The translations under genes were made by a program, and so were the position numbers. The notes beneath the pieces are model-generated. The model was not told the origin of the DNA. It was given only the letters and a program-made list of their open reading frames with translations, and did not search any database. From positions 1 through 43,209 of the forward strand of contig JBAQNF010000025.1 of assembly GCA_049303555.1 (NCBI GenBank): 43,209 nucleotides of DNA, written 5' to 3'. The stretch comes from Candidatus Moraniibacteriota bacterium (GTDB lineage Bacteria; Patescibacteriota; Minisyncoccia; Moranbacterales; UBA1568). The first letter of the stretch is position 1; every line of letters starts with the position of its first letter. Shown piece by piece: positions 1-7,927 of the stretch.

Positions 1-3
1 GCC

Positions 4-708
4 ATGAAACTTTCAGCGATTCAACGCTTTACCATTCTTGATTATCCGGACAAGGTAGCCTGTATCGCTTTCACTCCCGGATGCAACATGCGGTGTGGCT
101 TTTGCCATAACCCGGAGTTTGTCTTGCCAGAAAAAATAGAGGAGCTGCAGGATGACTTTATCGCAGAAGAAACGTTTTTCAATTTCCTCGACAAGCGACG
201 GGGACTACTTGAGGGCGTGGTGGTGTCGGGCGGCGAACCGACCATCTGGCAAGACCTGCCGGAGTTCTTCCGCAGGATTAAAGAAAAAGGATTTGCGACG
301 AAGCTTGATACCAATGGTAATCATCCGAAGATGCTCCAGAAGCTTCTGGATGAGAAACTCGTCGACTATGTGGCCATGGATGTGAAGACCTCGCTTGCTG
401 AATACTCGAAGCTCGTGGGCGGGGGAGCGAAAGCTGAAAACATTGCAGAGAGTATCAATCTTTTGAAGACTTCCGGTATTCCCTATGAATTCCGTACGAC
501 TCTTATCAAAGAAATTCATACAGAGCAAGTCTTGAAAGATATGGAAAAACTGTTGCAAGAATCGGCACGTTATTATCTCCAGGTCTTCCGGCCTGGCCAC
601 ACGCTCAACCCGGTCTTTGCTACGTATCACCCGTTTTCTTCTGACGAGATGCGGGGTCTCGTGAAGCGTTTTTCCAGCGCGGCCAAAGAAGTGGGTATCC
701 GGGGTTGA
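4..708 (+). CDS. nrdG: anaerobic ribonucleoside-triphosphate reductase activating protein (radical SAM activase)
   Basis: 234-aa ORF. The N-terminal CNMRCGFCHN fits the CxxxCxxC radical-SAM cluster motif, and VVVSGGEPT is a SAM-binding-like motif. Size is typical of NrdG/PflA-type activases. Confidence 0.8.
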   Translation: MKLSAIQRFTILDYPDKVACIAFTPGCNMRCGFCHNPEFVLPEKIEELQDDFIAEETFFNFLDKRRGLLEGVVVSGGEPTIWQDLPEFFRRIKEKGFATKLDTNGNHPKMLQKLLDEKLVDYVAMDVKTSLAEYSKLVGGGAKAENIAESINLLKTSGIPYEFRTTLIKEIHTEQVLKDMEKLLQESARYYLQVFRPGHTLNPVFATYHPFSSDEMRGLVKRFSSAAKEVGIRG

Positions 709-733
709 TTTTGGTATTTACTCCTGCTAGTAT
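705..733 (+). promoter_or_regulatory. sigma70-like promoter for the T-box leader (TTGATT-17 nt-TAGTAT)
   Basis: TTGATT at 705-710, a 17-nt spacer, then TAGTAT at 728-733. The predicted TSS near 740 falls just before the GCGAUGA K-turn motif of the leader. Confidence 0.4.
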
Positions 734-863
734 GGCCTTACAAGCGATGAAGAGGCCCCTTCCAAGGTGGACAAGGAATCATCCTCTGAGCTGCGGAAAG
801 AAATTCGCCAATTGGCGAAAGTAGAATCCGCCGGGCAAGCCCGTAATAGCTGTAATTAAGAGC

Positions 864-891
864 TTGTAGCTAGTAGGTTGTAGCTAGTAGG
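864..891 (+). repeat. perfect tandem 14-mer x2 (TTGTAGCTAGTAGG) inside the T-box leader
   Basis: 864-877 and 878-891 are identical. It is followed by the palindrome AGGGAATTCCCT. The region can fold as a Stem III-like hairpin with 897-915. Confidence 0.9.
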
Positions 892-900
892 GAATTCCCT

Positions 901-931
901 AAGAAGCTAAGAACTAAAAAGCTAAAAAGCT
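901..931 (+). repeat. 31-nt AAGAAGCT/AAGAACT/AAAAAGCT/AAAAAGCT module (family A)
   Basis: Near-identical module at 5933-5963 (AAGAAGCT AAAAACT AACCAGCT AAGAAGCT), with the same 7-8-8 nt unit spacing. Confidence 0.85.
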
Positions 932-969
932 AAAGCAAGGTGGTACCACCCTTCGAAGAAATTCAGGGT

Positions 970-1005
970 CCTTAGCACAAGTCGTGTTAAGGATTTTTTG
1001 TTTTT
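970..1005 (+). terminator. intrinsic terminator of the T-box leader
   Basis: 9-bp stem CCTTAGCAC/GTGTTAAGG (one G-U pair), 5-nt loop, then ATTTTTTGTTTTT. Confidence 0.8.
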
Positions 1006-1012
1006 ATGGTCT

Positions 1013-1519
1013 ATGGGAAAGAATATTTTTCGCGGAGAGGCTGAATCTCCCTACCATCTTTCGGTAGGAGCAGTTCTTGTGAATGAAAAGGGTGAAGTGG
1101 CCACCCACTATTTCAAAGAATTTGAAACGTTTGAAAAGGTTAAATTTTTTGATTTCTACCTTCTCATGAGAGAGACGGTTGAACCAGGGGAGTCGATAGA
1201 GGGTGCGGTGTCACGGGGTATCAAAGAAGAATTTGGTGCGACGGGAGAAATAGAAAGGTTTCTCGGAACTTTGGTAACGAAGTTTCTTCGAAGGGGAACA
1301 TGGATTGAAAAGACAACTACATATTTTTTGGTAAGCTTAGAAAGTTTTGATCTTAATTTACAGACAAAAGACGGTGAAACGAGGGTGAGTCAGGTGCAGT
1401 GGCAGTCGATTGATTTTCTCATTGAGAAGATGAAAGAACAGGGGAAAAAATATGAGAGAACAGATTTGGATGAATCGATTATACTCGAGCGAGCCAAGAA
1501 ATTTATTGAATCAAAATAA
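1013..1519 (+). CDS. NUDIX-family hydrolase with a divergent Nudix box
   Basis: RETVEPGESIEGAVSRGIKEEFGA aligns to the Nudix box GX5EX7REUXEEXGU, but the first G is replaced and RE is RG. The first in-frame ATG after the leader terminator is at 1013; the ORF track starts at a TTG at 998 inside the terminator T-run. Confidence 0.6.
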   Translation: MGKNIFRGEAESPYHLSVGAVLVNEKGEVATHYFKEFETFEKVKFFDFYLLMRETVEPGESIEGAVSRGIKEEFGATGEIERFLGTLVTKFLRRGTWIEKTTTYFLVSLESFDLNLQTKDGETRVSQVQWQSIDFLIEKMKEQGKKYERTDLDESIILERAKKFIESK

Positions 1520-1527
1520 TTAACTCT

Positions 1528-4500
1528 ATGTTCAAAAAAGTAGAATCACAGGTAAGTTTTCCGAAGATGGAGGAAGAGGTGCTTAAGTTCTGGAATGAGA
1601 ATAATATTTTCCAGAAGTCTATTGATCAGAGACCGACCGATAAGCTCTATAGCTTCTATGATGGTCCACCGTTTGCCACGGGCACGCCACACTATGGACA
1701 TATTGTGGCGAGCGCTATCAAAGATACCGTGCCTCGTTATTGGACCATGAAGGGTTATCGAGTGGAGCGCAAGTGGGGCTGGGACTGTCATGGGTTGCCG
1801 ATTGAGAACATCGCCGAGAAGGAACTAGGAATCACACACAAGAAGGAAATCGAAGAGCTTGGAGTGGCTAGGTTCAACGAGATTTGTCGTTCGAAAGTTT
1901 TGGAATACGTGGCTGAGTGGAAGAAAGTGATCAATCGTTTTGGTCGCTGGGCTGATATGGAACATCCTTACGCCACCATGGACAAGAGCTTCATGGAGAG
2001 CGTCTGGTGGGTGTTCAAAGAACTCTGGGACAAGGAACTGATTTACGAGAGCTACCGCACCATGCACATCTGTCCGCGTTGTGAGACGACCCTGTCACAG
2101 TCGGAGGTAGCAGAAGGATATAAAGATGTGAAGGATCTGGCGGTGACAGTAAAATTTGAACTGGTGGATGAACCAGGAACGTTTGTGTTGGCCTGGACGA
2201 CCACTCCATGGACACTCCCAGGCAACGTCGCTTTGGCTGTGAACGAGAATGAGAGATATGTATACTTTGAGGCGCTGAATGATTCTGACAACAATCGAAT
2301 AAAGAAGGGGGAAAAGATTGTTATGCTTGATAGTCAAGAGGTGATGATGAGAAGTTTCGAAACATTTGGAGTAAAACTATTTCGAACTTCAGAAGATCAT
2401 GACTTGGCAAAAAAAGCAGATGGAACACCATATCCCTTTGACCGAGATATCAGAAAGAAAGTTAAGCTTCAGTTATTTGTTGCTGATGGTGTTGAATACT
2501 CTTTTGTGAAGTCTGTCGATGGTGCCCAACTGGTTGGAAAATCTTACAAGCCGCTGTTTGATTACTACGCGAAGGATGAAAAATTAGAAAATCATAAAAA
2601 CGGGTGGAAAATCTATCATGCTGATTTCGTCACAATTGATAAAGGGACAGGCATCGCACACGAAGCGCCGGCCTTTGGTGAAGATGACATGCAGCTGGGC
2701 AAGGCCAACAGTCTGCCCTGGGTGCAGCATGTGAACATGGACGGCACCATGAAAGCGGAAGTGACAGCATTTGCAGGAAGAGATTTGAGTCCAAAGGCAA
2801 AAGGAAAAGCGGAAGAGGTCCGTGAGATAGATCTTGATGTCAAAAAGTATTTGAGTGAAAATGGTTTGCTCTTTGCTTCAGAAAAATATCCTCATGCGTA
2901 TCCTCATTGTTGGCGTTGCGATACGCCACTTCTCAACTACGCGACCAGCTCATGGTTCGTGAAGGTAACGGAGATCAAACCCAAGATGCTGGAACTGGCC
3001 GAGAATATTCACTGGTCACCGGAGCATATCAAAGAGGGACGTTTTGGGAAGTGGTTGGAAGGCTCCCGTGATTGGTCTATCAGTCGTCAGCGCTACTGGG
3101 CGAGTGTGATGCCGATTTGGAAGTGCGAGTGCGGTGAGATGAAAGTGTTTGGATCAGTAGTAGATCTTGAGAAAGCGAGTGGCATGAAAGTTGATGATCT
3201 TCACAAACATATCGTAGACGAAGTGACGGTGCCGTGTGAAAAATGTGGACAGACGATGCATCGAGTGCCGGACGTGCTCGATACTTGGTTTGATAGCGGC
3301 TCCATGCCCTATGCTCAGAGTCACTATCCGTTTGAGAATGAGAAGAAATTTGAGCAGACCTTTCCAGCGCACTTCATCGCTGAAGGTATCGACCAAACCC
3401 GTGCCTGGTTCTACTACCAGCACGTCATCGGGACTGCTATCAAGGGGAGTAATGCGTTCCAGAACGTGATCGTGAATGGCATTGTCCTAGCCGAAGATGG
3501 CAAGAAGATGTCCAAGCGTCTGAAGAACTATCCGGACCCGATGGAAATCTTGAATAAGTACGGAGCGGATGCGCTGCGCTACTATCTCCTCTCTTCGCCG
3601 GTGGTGGCAGCCGAGAACCTGAACTTCTCGGAGCGTGATCTGTCCGATATCGTCCGGAACGTCTTCCGTATGCTTTGGAACTCGTACTCATTCTTCACGA
3701 CCTACGCCAGCATCGATAACTGGGAGCCAAAAAAAGATGCCAAGCCGTCAGAGAATCTCTTGGATAAGTGGATTCTCTCTGAGCTGCAGCTCGTCATTAA
3801 AGAAGTAGATGGAGCTATGAGTGCCTACGAGCTGAACCGTGCCACTCGTGCCTTTGCGCCGTTTGTCGATAATCTCTCGAACTGGTACATCCGTCGCAGT
3901 CGTAAGCGTTTCTGGAAGAGCGAAGATGATATCGACAAGGAACAAGCCTATCAGACCCTCTATACTGTACTGGTTTCCCTCTCCAAGTTGATGGCGCCAT
4001 TTACACCGTTCCTCTCGGAAGAAATGTACAAGAACCTGACTGGAGAAGAATCAGTGCACCTGGCGGATTACCCGGTGGCTGATGAAGGCTTGATTGATGA
4101 GAAGTTGAATCAAGAGATGGATGAGATACGAAATATTGTTAAACAGGGATTGCAGTTACGTGCAGAAGCCGGTATCAAGGTCAGGCAACCATTGGGAGAG
4201 CTTTTCATTATGAATAAACAACCCCGCGGTGAGCTTGTTGAGATTCTTCTTGAGGAGCTTAATGTGAAAAAGGTTGTCCCTGGAGCAGATCTTGGAGAAA
4301 AGGACATTGAGTTAAGATTGGAAATTACTCCCGAATTGAAACTCGAAGGGGAGATGAGGGAAGTAGTGCGAGCTATTCAAGAGGGTCGCAAGAAAGCCGG
4401 CTTTAGGGTGGAGGATCGTATTATGCTTGGCTACGTCGGTAAAGAAGAAGTTTTCGCGAAGTTCGAAACCGAAATCGCCAAGGAGGTGCTTGCTCCAGAA

Positions 4501-4593
4501 AAGCCCGTCAAAGGAGAGCTCTCTGACGCTGAATATTCAGAAACCATCACTCTTGATGGTGCAGAATTTTCTTTCACCCTCAAACGAATATGA
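1528..4593 (+). CDS. ileS: isoleucyl-tRNA synthetase
   Basis: 1021 aa. Class I motifs PHYGH (HIGH) and KMSKRLKNYP (KMSKS). The FYDGPPFATGTPHYGH N-terminus is typical of IleRS. Confidence 0.95.
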   Translation: MFKKVESQVSFPKMEEEVLKFWNENNIFQKSIDQRPTDKLYSFYDGPPFATGTPHYGHIVASAIKDTVPRYWTMKGYRVERKWGWDCHGLPIENIAEKELGITHKKEIEELGVARFNEICRSKVLEYVAEWKKVINRFGRWADMEHPYATMDKSFMESVWWVFKELWDKELIYESYRTMHICPRCETTLSQSEVAEGYKDVKDLAVTVKFELVDEPGTFVLAWTTTPWTLPGNVALAVNENERYVYFEALNDSDNNRIKKGEKIVMLDSQEVMMRSFETFGVKLFRTSEDHDLAKKADGTPYPFDRDIRKKVKLQLFVADGVEYSFVKSVDGAQLVGKSYKPLFDYYAKDEKLENHKNGWKIYHADFVTIDKGTGIAHEAPAFGEDDMQLGKANSLPWVQHVNMDGTMKAEVTAFAGRDLSPKAKGKAEEVREIDLDVKKYLSENGLLFASEKYPHAYPHCWRCDTPLLNYATSSWFVKVTEIKPKMLELAENIHWSPEHIKEGRFGKWLEGSRDWSISRQRYWASVMPIWKCECGEMKVFGSVVDLEKASGMKVDDLHKHIVDEVTVPCEKCGQTMHRVPDVLDTWFDSGSMPYAQSHYPFENEKKFEQTFPAHFIAEGIDQTRAWFYYQHVIGTAIKGSNAFQNVIVNGIVLAEDGKKMSKRLKNYPDPMEILNKYGADALRYYLLSSPVVAAENLNFSERDLSDIVRNVFRMLWNSYSFFTTYASIDNWEPKKDAKPSENLLDKWILSELQLVIKEVDGAMSAYELNRATRAFAPFVDNLSNWYIRRSRKRFWKSEDDIDKEQAYQTLYTVLVSLSKLMAPFTPFLSEEMYKNLTGEESVHLADYPVADEGLIDEKLNQEMDEIRNIVKQGLQLRAEAGIKVRQPLGELFIMNKQPRGELVEILLEELNVKKVVPGADLGEKDIELRLEITPELKLEGEMREVVRAIQEGRKKAGFRVEDRIMLGYVGKEEVFAKFETEIAKEVLAPEKPVKGELSDAEYSETITLDGAEFSFTLKRI

Positions 4594-5120
4594 GTAAACT
4601 TATTGTTATCTGTGGGCTTCCGGGAAGTGGGAAGACTACTTTGGCGAGCGAGTTATCACGGAGATTGAATATTTTTTGTCTCCACAAGGATTCGGTTAAA
4701 GAATCACTGTTTGAATCACTGAAGCTTTCTACTTTGGAAGACAGTAAAAAAATAGGCTATCCCGCAGTTAAGGTAGCACTTGATTTAGTGGAGGAGAATA
4801 TTGGTCGCGGCATTGATGTCATTTTGGAATCGCCATTCAACTTTCCAGAGGAAGGGAAGCTTTTCGAAGAGTGGAAGGAAAAATACCACATAGATTTTTT
4901 TGCCGTTATTCTTCAGGTTGGTCCGGAAGAACGAAGACGGAGATTCGTCGAACGCGAAAGGCATCGAGCTCATCACGATACTGATCGTTTGAGAATGACG
5001 GGGAACACCCTGGAAGAGACTTGTTCTTACGATCACATCCCAGAGAAAAAACTTTTTCTCGAAACGAACAAGCCAGTCGAAGCTTTGGTTGAGAAAGTTA
5101 TGGAATTCCTTCGTTCATAA
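4590..5120 (+). CDS. P-loop NTPase / predicted kinase (AAA_33-like)
   Basis: Walker A motif GLPGSGKTT at the N-terminus; 176 aa. The start overlaps the ileS stop (ATGA), suggesting translational coupling. Confidence 0.65.
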   Translation: MSKLIVICGLPGSGKTTLASELSRRLNIFCLHKDSVKESLFESLKLSTLEDSKKIGYPAVKVALDLVEENIGRGIDVILESPFNFPEEGKLFEEWKEKYHIDFFAVILQVGPEERRRRFVERERHRAHHDTDRLRMTGNTLEETCSYDHIPEKKLFLETNKPVEALVEKVMEFLRS

Positions 5121-5147
5121 TTCTTATTTCTTGATTCTGTATTCATC
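5120..5147 (+). repeat. ATTCNNN heptad array x4 upstream of recO
   Basis: ATTCTTA TTTCTTG ATTCTGT ATTCATC, then 6 nt (CCAAAA), then ATG at 5154. Confidence 0.85.
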
Positions 5148-5153
5148 CCAAAA

Positions 5154-5876
5154 ATGGAATTGCGCTATAACGCTATCGTGCTGCGAAAGAAAGAGGTTGG
5201 CGAGACGGATCGGCTCTATACGCTGTATACCGAATCGGCCGGCAAGGTTTCGCTTGTGGCCAAAGGCGTAAGGAAGCCCGAAGCCAAACTGGCGGGGCAA
5301 CTCGAGACCCTGATGCAGGGGCTGGTGATCGTCGTGAAGGGGCGCGGCGCCGGCAAGATTGCTGGGGCGGTGGCTGAACAGAGCTTCATTCATTTGCGAA
5401 ACGACCTCGATATTCTGAAGCGAACACTTGAGGCAGTCAGTATTTTCGAACGGCTGATTGGTTGGGAAGAAAAGGATACAGAGCTTTTTGTATTGCTCGG
5501 GAAGTATTTGGAGATTGTGAATGATCTGGCTAAAGAAAAAAAGAAGGACAAAGTGCTCCTCGTAACCGAAGGTTTTCTCTTTCAGCTCTTCGCACATCTC
5601 GGGTATGAGATTGAAACGGGCGTGTGTGTGGTATCGGGCAAGAAGCTTTCCTCCGGTGAACGACACCTCTTTAGCCCAAGTGCTGGAGGAATAGTGCGGA
5701 GTGAGCATGCTCACGAGACGCATGGCGCGCTGCCGGTGAGCGAGAGTGTTATCAAACTGATTCGACTGTTTCTCCATAACAAGCTCGAGGCTCTGCCTAA
5801 GGTGACGGTTCCTGAAAAGGATCTCCGTGAGGCACGCCAAGCCGCCACCAGATTTTTTCAGTGGATTGAAGGGTAG
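5154..5876 (+). CDS. recO: DNA repair protein RecO
   Basis: 240 aa. The N-terminal OB-fold region (AIVLRKKEVGETDRLYTLYTESAGKVSLVAKGVRK) is typical of RecO. Confidence 0.85.
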   Translation: MELRYNAIVLRKKEVGETDRLYTLYTESAGKVSLVAKGVRKPEAKLAGQLETLMQGLVIVVKGRGAGKIAGAVAEQSFIHLRNDLDILKRTLEAVSIFERLIGWEEKDTELFVLLGKYLEIVNDLAKEKKKDKVLLVTEGFLFQLFAHLGYEIETGVCVVSGKKLSSGERHLFSPSAGGIVRSEHAHETHGALPVSESVIKLIRLFLHNKLEALPKVTVPEKDLREARQAATRFFQWIEG

Positions 5877-5932
5877 TTTTTTGCTATACTACGGGCAATA
5901 AGGCTGTTGGGAATCTTCTTTTTGTTTTTCCT

Positions 5933-5963
5933 AAGAAGCTAAAAACTAACCAGCTAAGAAGCT
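5933..5963 (+). repeat. 31-nt family A module upstream of the 5970 CDS
   Basis: AAGAAGCT AAAAACT AACCAGCT AAGAAGCT, then 6 nt (GCCGGT), then ATG at 5970. Matches 901-931. Confidence 0.85.
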
Positions 5964-5969
5964 GCCGGT

Positions 5970-7916
5970 ATGGGACTTGAAGAGCTGAACGAACAATTGC
6001 ACGGCCGCGACTTTCATGTCGATCGGACACGGAGGAACGATACCTTCACACCTGGCAACCAGCCTGACGGTCAGGGGGCGTCAAAATTTCAGAAAACGGA
6101 GAAGTGGAATGAGTCATCTCTGCCCAAGGAATTCATCCTTGCAGAGCCGGTACGTGCCATCATCTCTCCTGACGATGTGACCAAAAAGCGTCGGAAGCTC
6201 ATCGCTTTGGTTTTGGGAGGAATTGCCTGCGTGCTCCTCATTGGTGGGGTGATTTTGAAAATTCGAGCCGGACTGTTCTCGCCGGAAAACATCGTCTTGA
6301 ATATCGCCGGAGGGGGATCGGCCGGCAGTGCCGAGCTTGTGACGTTTGATTTTGAGTATGCCAACAACAACTGGATGGATCTCGAAAATGCCTCGGTCGT
6401 TTTCGAATATCCGGAATCTTTTCATCCAGAAGCATCCTCGAGACTCGAGATTAAGAAGTCGCGAGCTGAAGGCAAGATAGGCACTATCAAGTCCAAGGGT
6501 CAGGGCACTGTGTCGCTCTCGGGAAAATTCTATGGTTCCAAGGGAGACCAGGCCAAGATATATGCCACGCTCCGGTATAGTCCGAGCGCTTTGTCGAGTA
6601 CGTTTGAGAAGCGAGTAGAACACACGGTGGGCATTTCTTCCTCGACACTCTTTTTTGAAATCAATGCTCCACTTGAGCTGGCGTCCGATCAAGAAGCGCA
6701 GTATGAGGTGCGCTACAGAAATGAAGGTGATACAGCGTTTTCCAATCTCAAGATAAAGCTGGAGTATCCAGCCGGATTTGTTTTTACCGATGCGGATACA
6801 CCATCTTCCGGTGACGGTACTGTCTGGGAAGTGGGTACTCTGGCACCGGGGCAAGAAGGGACGCTCGTGGTGCGGGGGAGATTGTCTGGAGCGCGCGATG
6901 AGCAGAAGACTGTTCATGGTGACATCGGGTTCTTTCAGGGTGATGGGAGTTTCCTCTCCTATGGCGAGGGTCAGCGCAAGACGAAAGTGATTGCTTCCCC
7001 ATTTGTGATTCGTCAGACCGTCGAAGGAGCGACAGCAGCGACTATCGATCCGGGCAGAGATCTGCGCTATGCTCTCGAGTATCGTAACGAAGGGAACGTT
7101 GGTATTCGTGATGCTATTATTACCGTTGAACTTGATACGCCGTACCTTGATTTCAGCACACTCCAGTTTGAGGGTGGTATTTTTGGCGCGTATAATCAGG
7201 CGCGCAAAGCTATCTCGTGGAAAGCATCTGATTTCCCGGCGCTCAACCGAGTCGAGCCTGGGCAGTCAGGCAAGGTAGCCTTTTCTATCAAGTCCTATGC
7301 CGCTCCAACCAAGAAAGTGGCCGCTGCTCGTAACCCACTCATCGTGTCGGTGGCCAAGATCGACAGCCCGGATATTCCGGCCATTGTCGGGGTGACCAAG
7401 GTGGTGGCGAGTAACACTCTTTCTGTCAAACTCAATTCCGTGGTGACGAGTACACTGGAAGTGCAATATCAGGATACGGTGATTCCCAATTCTGGTCCGA
7501 CTCCTCCAGTGGTAGGGCAAGAGACTACCTATACCTTTCATCTCGCTCTCGACAATACATCCAATTCACTTCGGGACGCCCGGATGAATATCTTGTTGCC
7601 GACCGGTATCCGCTATACCGGAAATATTGTCGGTGCTGGAGAGAAGACGTTTTTCAATGAACGCACCAATGAACTCGTGTGGGATATGGGCGTGTTTGCT
7701 CCCGAGACACGGCGTGAGATAGTGTTTCAGGTGGGGGTGACTCCAAGTCCGGGAACCCGTGAGAATGATATTATGCTGGTGAGCCAGGCTCTGTTTACAG
7801 GGAAAGATACGTTTACTGAAACAGAGATCCGAGTGATGGAAGGAAAGAAAACAAACGCCGGGCTGGCTCCTTTGGCTGGTGCACCCGCACCTGATGCAGA
7901 GAGCACAAATCAATAA
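5970..7916 (+). CDS. membrane-anchored repeat protein (DUF11/CARDB-like beta-sandwich repeats, tentative)
   Basis: 648 aa. Single N-proximal TM (LIALVLGGIACVLLIGGVILKI). Recurring segments of the form ..YxxxYRNEG(D/N)..(L/I)xIxLExP... Confidence 0.5.
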   Translation: MGLEELNEQLHGRDFHVDRTRRNDTFTPGNQPDGQGASKFQKTEKWNESSLPKEFILAEPVRAIISPDDVTKKRRKLIALVLGGIACVLLIGGVILKIRAGLFSPENIVLNIAGGGSAGSAELVTFDFEYANNNWMDLENASVVFEYPESFHPEASSRLEIKKSRAEGKIGTIKSKGQGTVSLSGKFYGSKGDQAKIYATLRYSPSALSSTFEKRVEHTVGISSSTLFFEINAPLELASDQEAQYEVRYRNEGDTAFSNLKIKLEYPAGFVFTDADTPSSGDGTVWEVGTLAPGQEGTLVVRGRLSGARDEQKTVHGDIGFFQGDGSFLSYGEGQRKTKVIASPFVIRQTVEGATAATIDPGRDLRYALEYRNEGNVGIRDAIITVELDTPYLDFSTLQFEGGIFGAYNQARKAISWKASDFPALNRVEPGQSGKVAFSIKSYAAPTKKVAAARNPLIVSVAKIDSPDIPAIVGVTKVVASNTLSVKLNSVVTSTLEVQYQDTVIPNSGPTPPVVGQETTYTFHLALDNTSNSLRDARMNILLPTGIRYTGNIVGAGEKTFFNERTNELVWDMGVFAPETRREIVFQVGVTPSPGTRENDIMLVSQALFTGKDTFTETEIRVMEGKKTNAGLAPLAGAPAPDAESTNQ

Positions 7917-7927
7917 GCATACTCTTC

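Larger units (their letters stand above)
740..1005 (+). promoter_or_regulatory. T-box riboswitch leader, probable Ile (AUC) specifier, transcription-attenuation type
   Basis: Short Stem I: GCGAUGA-AGAGG (744-755), CCCC, UUCC (760-763), loop AAGGUGGACAA, GGAA (775-778), UCAU, CCUC (783-786), UGAGC; AUC-A lies at 778-781 on the 3' side of the internal loop. Stem II-like: GCGG (793-796) ... UUCGCC-AAUU-GGCGAA (804-819) ... AGUAGAAU-CCGC. Next comes CGGGC-AA-GCCCG followed by GUAAUA (F-box-like). T-box sequence: AAGG[UGGUACC]ACCCU (937-952), loop, AGGGU (965-969), CCUU (970-973). This forms an antiterminator with the canonical 7-nt UGGNACC bulge. It competes for CCUU with the terminator CCUUAGCAC-AAGUC-GUGUUAAGG-U6 (970-999). 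Confidence 0.75.

Noticed and set aside
732-824. 30-codon ORF (MALQAMKRPLPRWTRNHPLSCGKKFANWRK) in the nrdG-NUDIX spacer.
   Set aside because: Its ATG overlaps the predicted -10 box, it has no SD, and it lies across Stem I and Stem II of the T-box leader. It is most likely not translated.
701-1005. Possible tmRNA: 701-721 (GGGGTTGATTTTGGTATTTAC) resembles the tmRNA 5' end (GGGGCUGAUUCUGGAUUCGAC), and the region ends with a terminator.
   Set aside because: I found no complementary 3' acceptor strand, no T-arm (GGUUCGAAUCC-like), no CCA end and no credible tag ORF. The GGGG overlaps the nrdG stop codon. The region is fully explained as a T-box leader.
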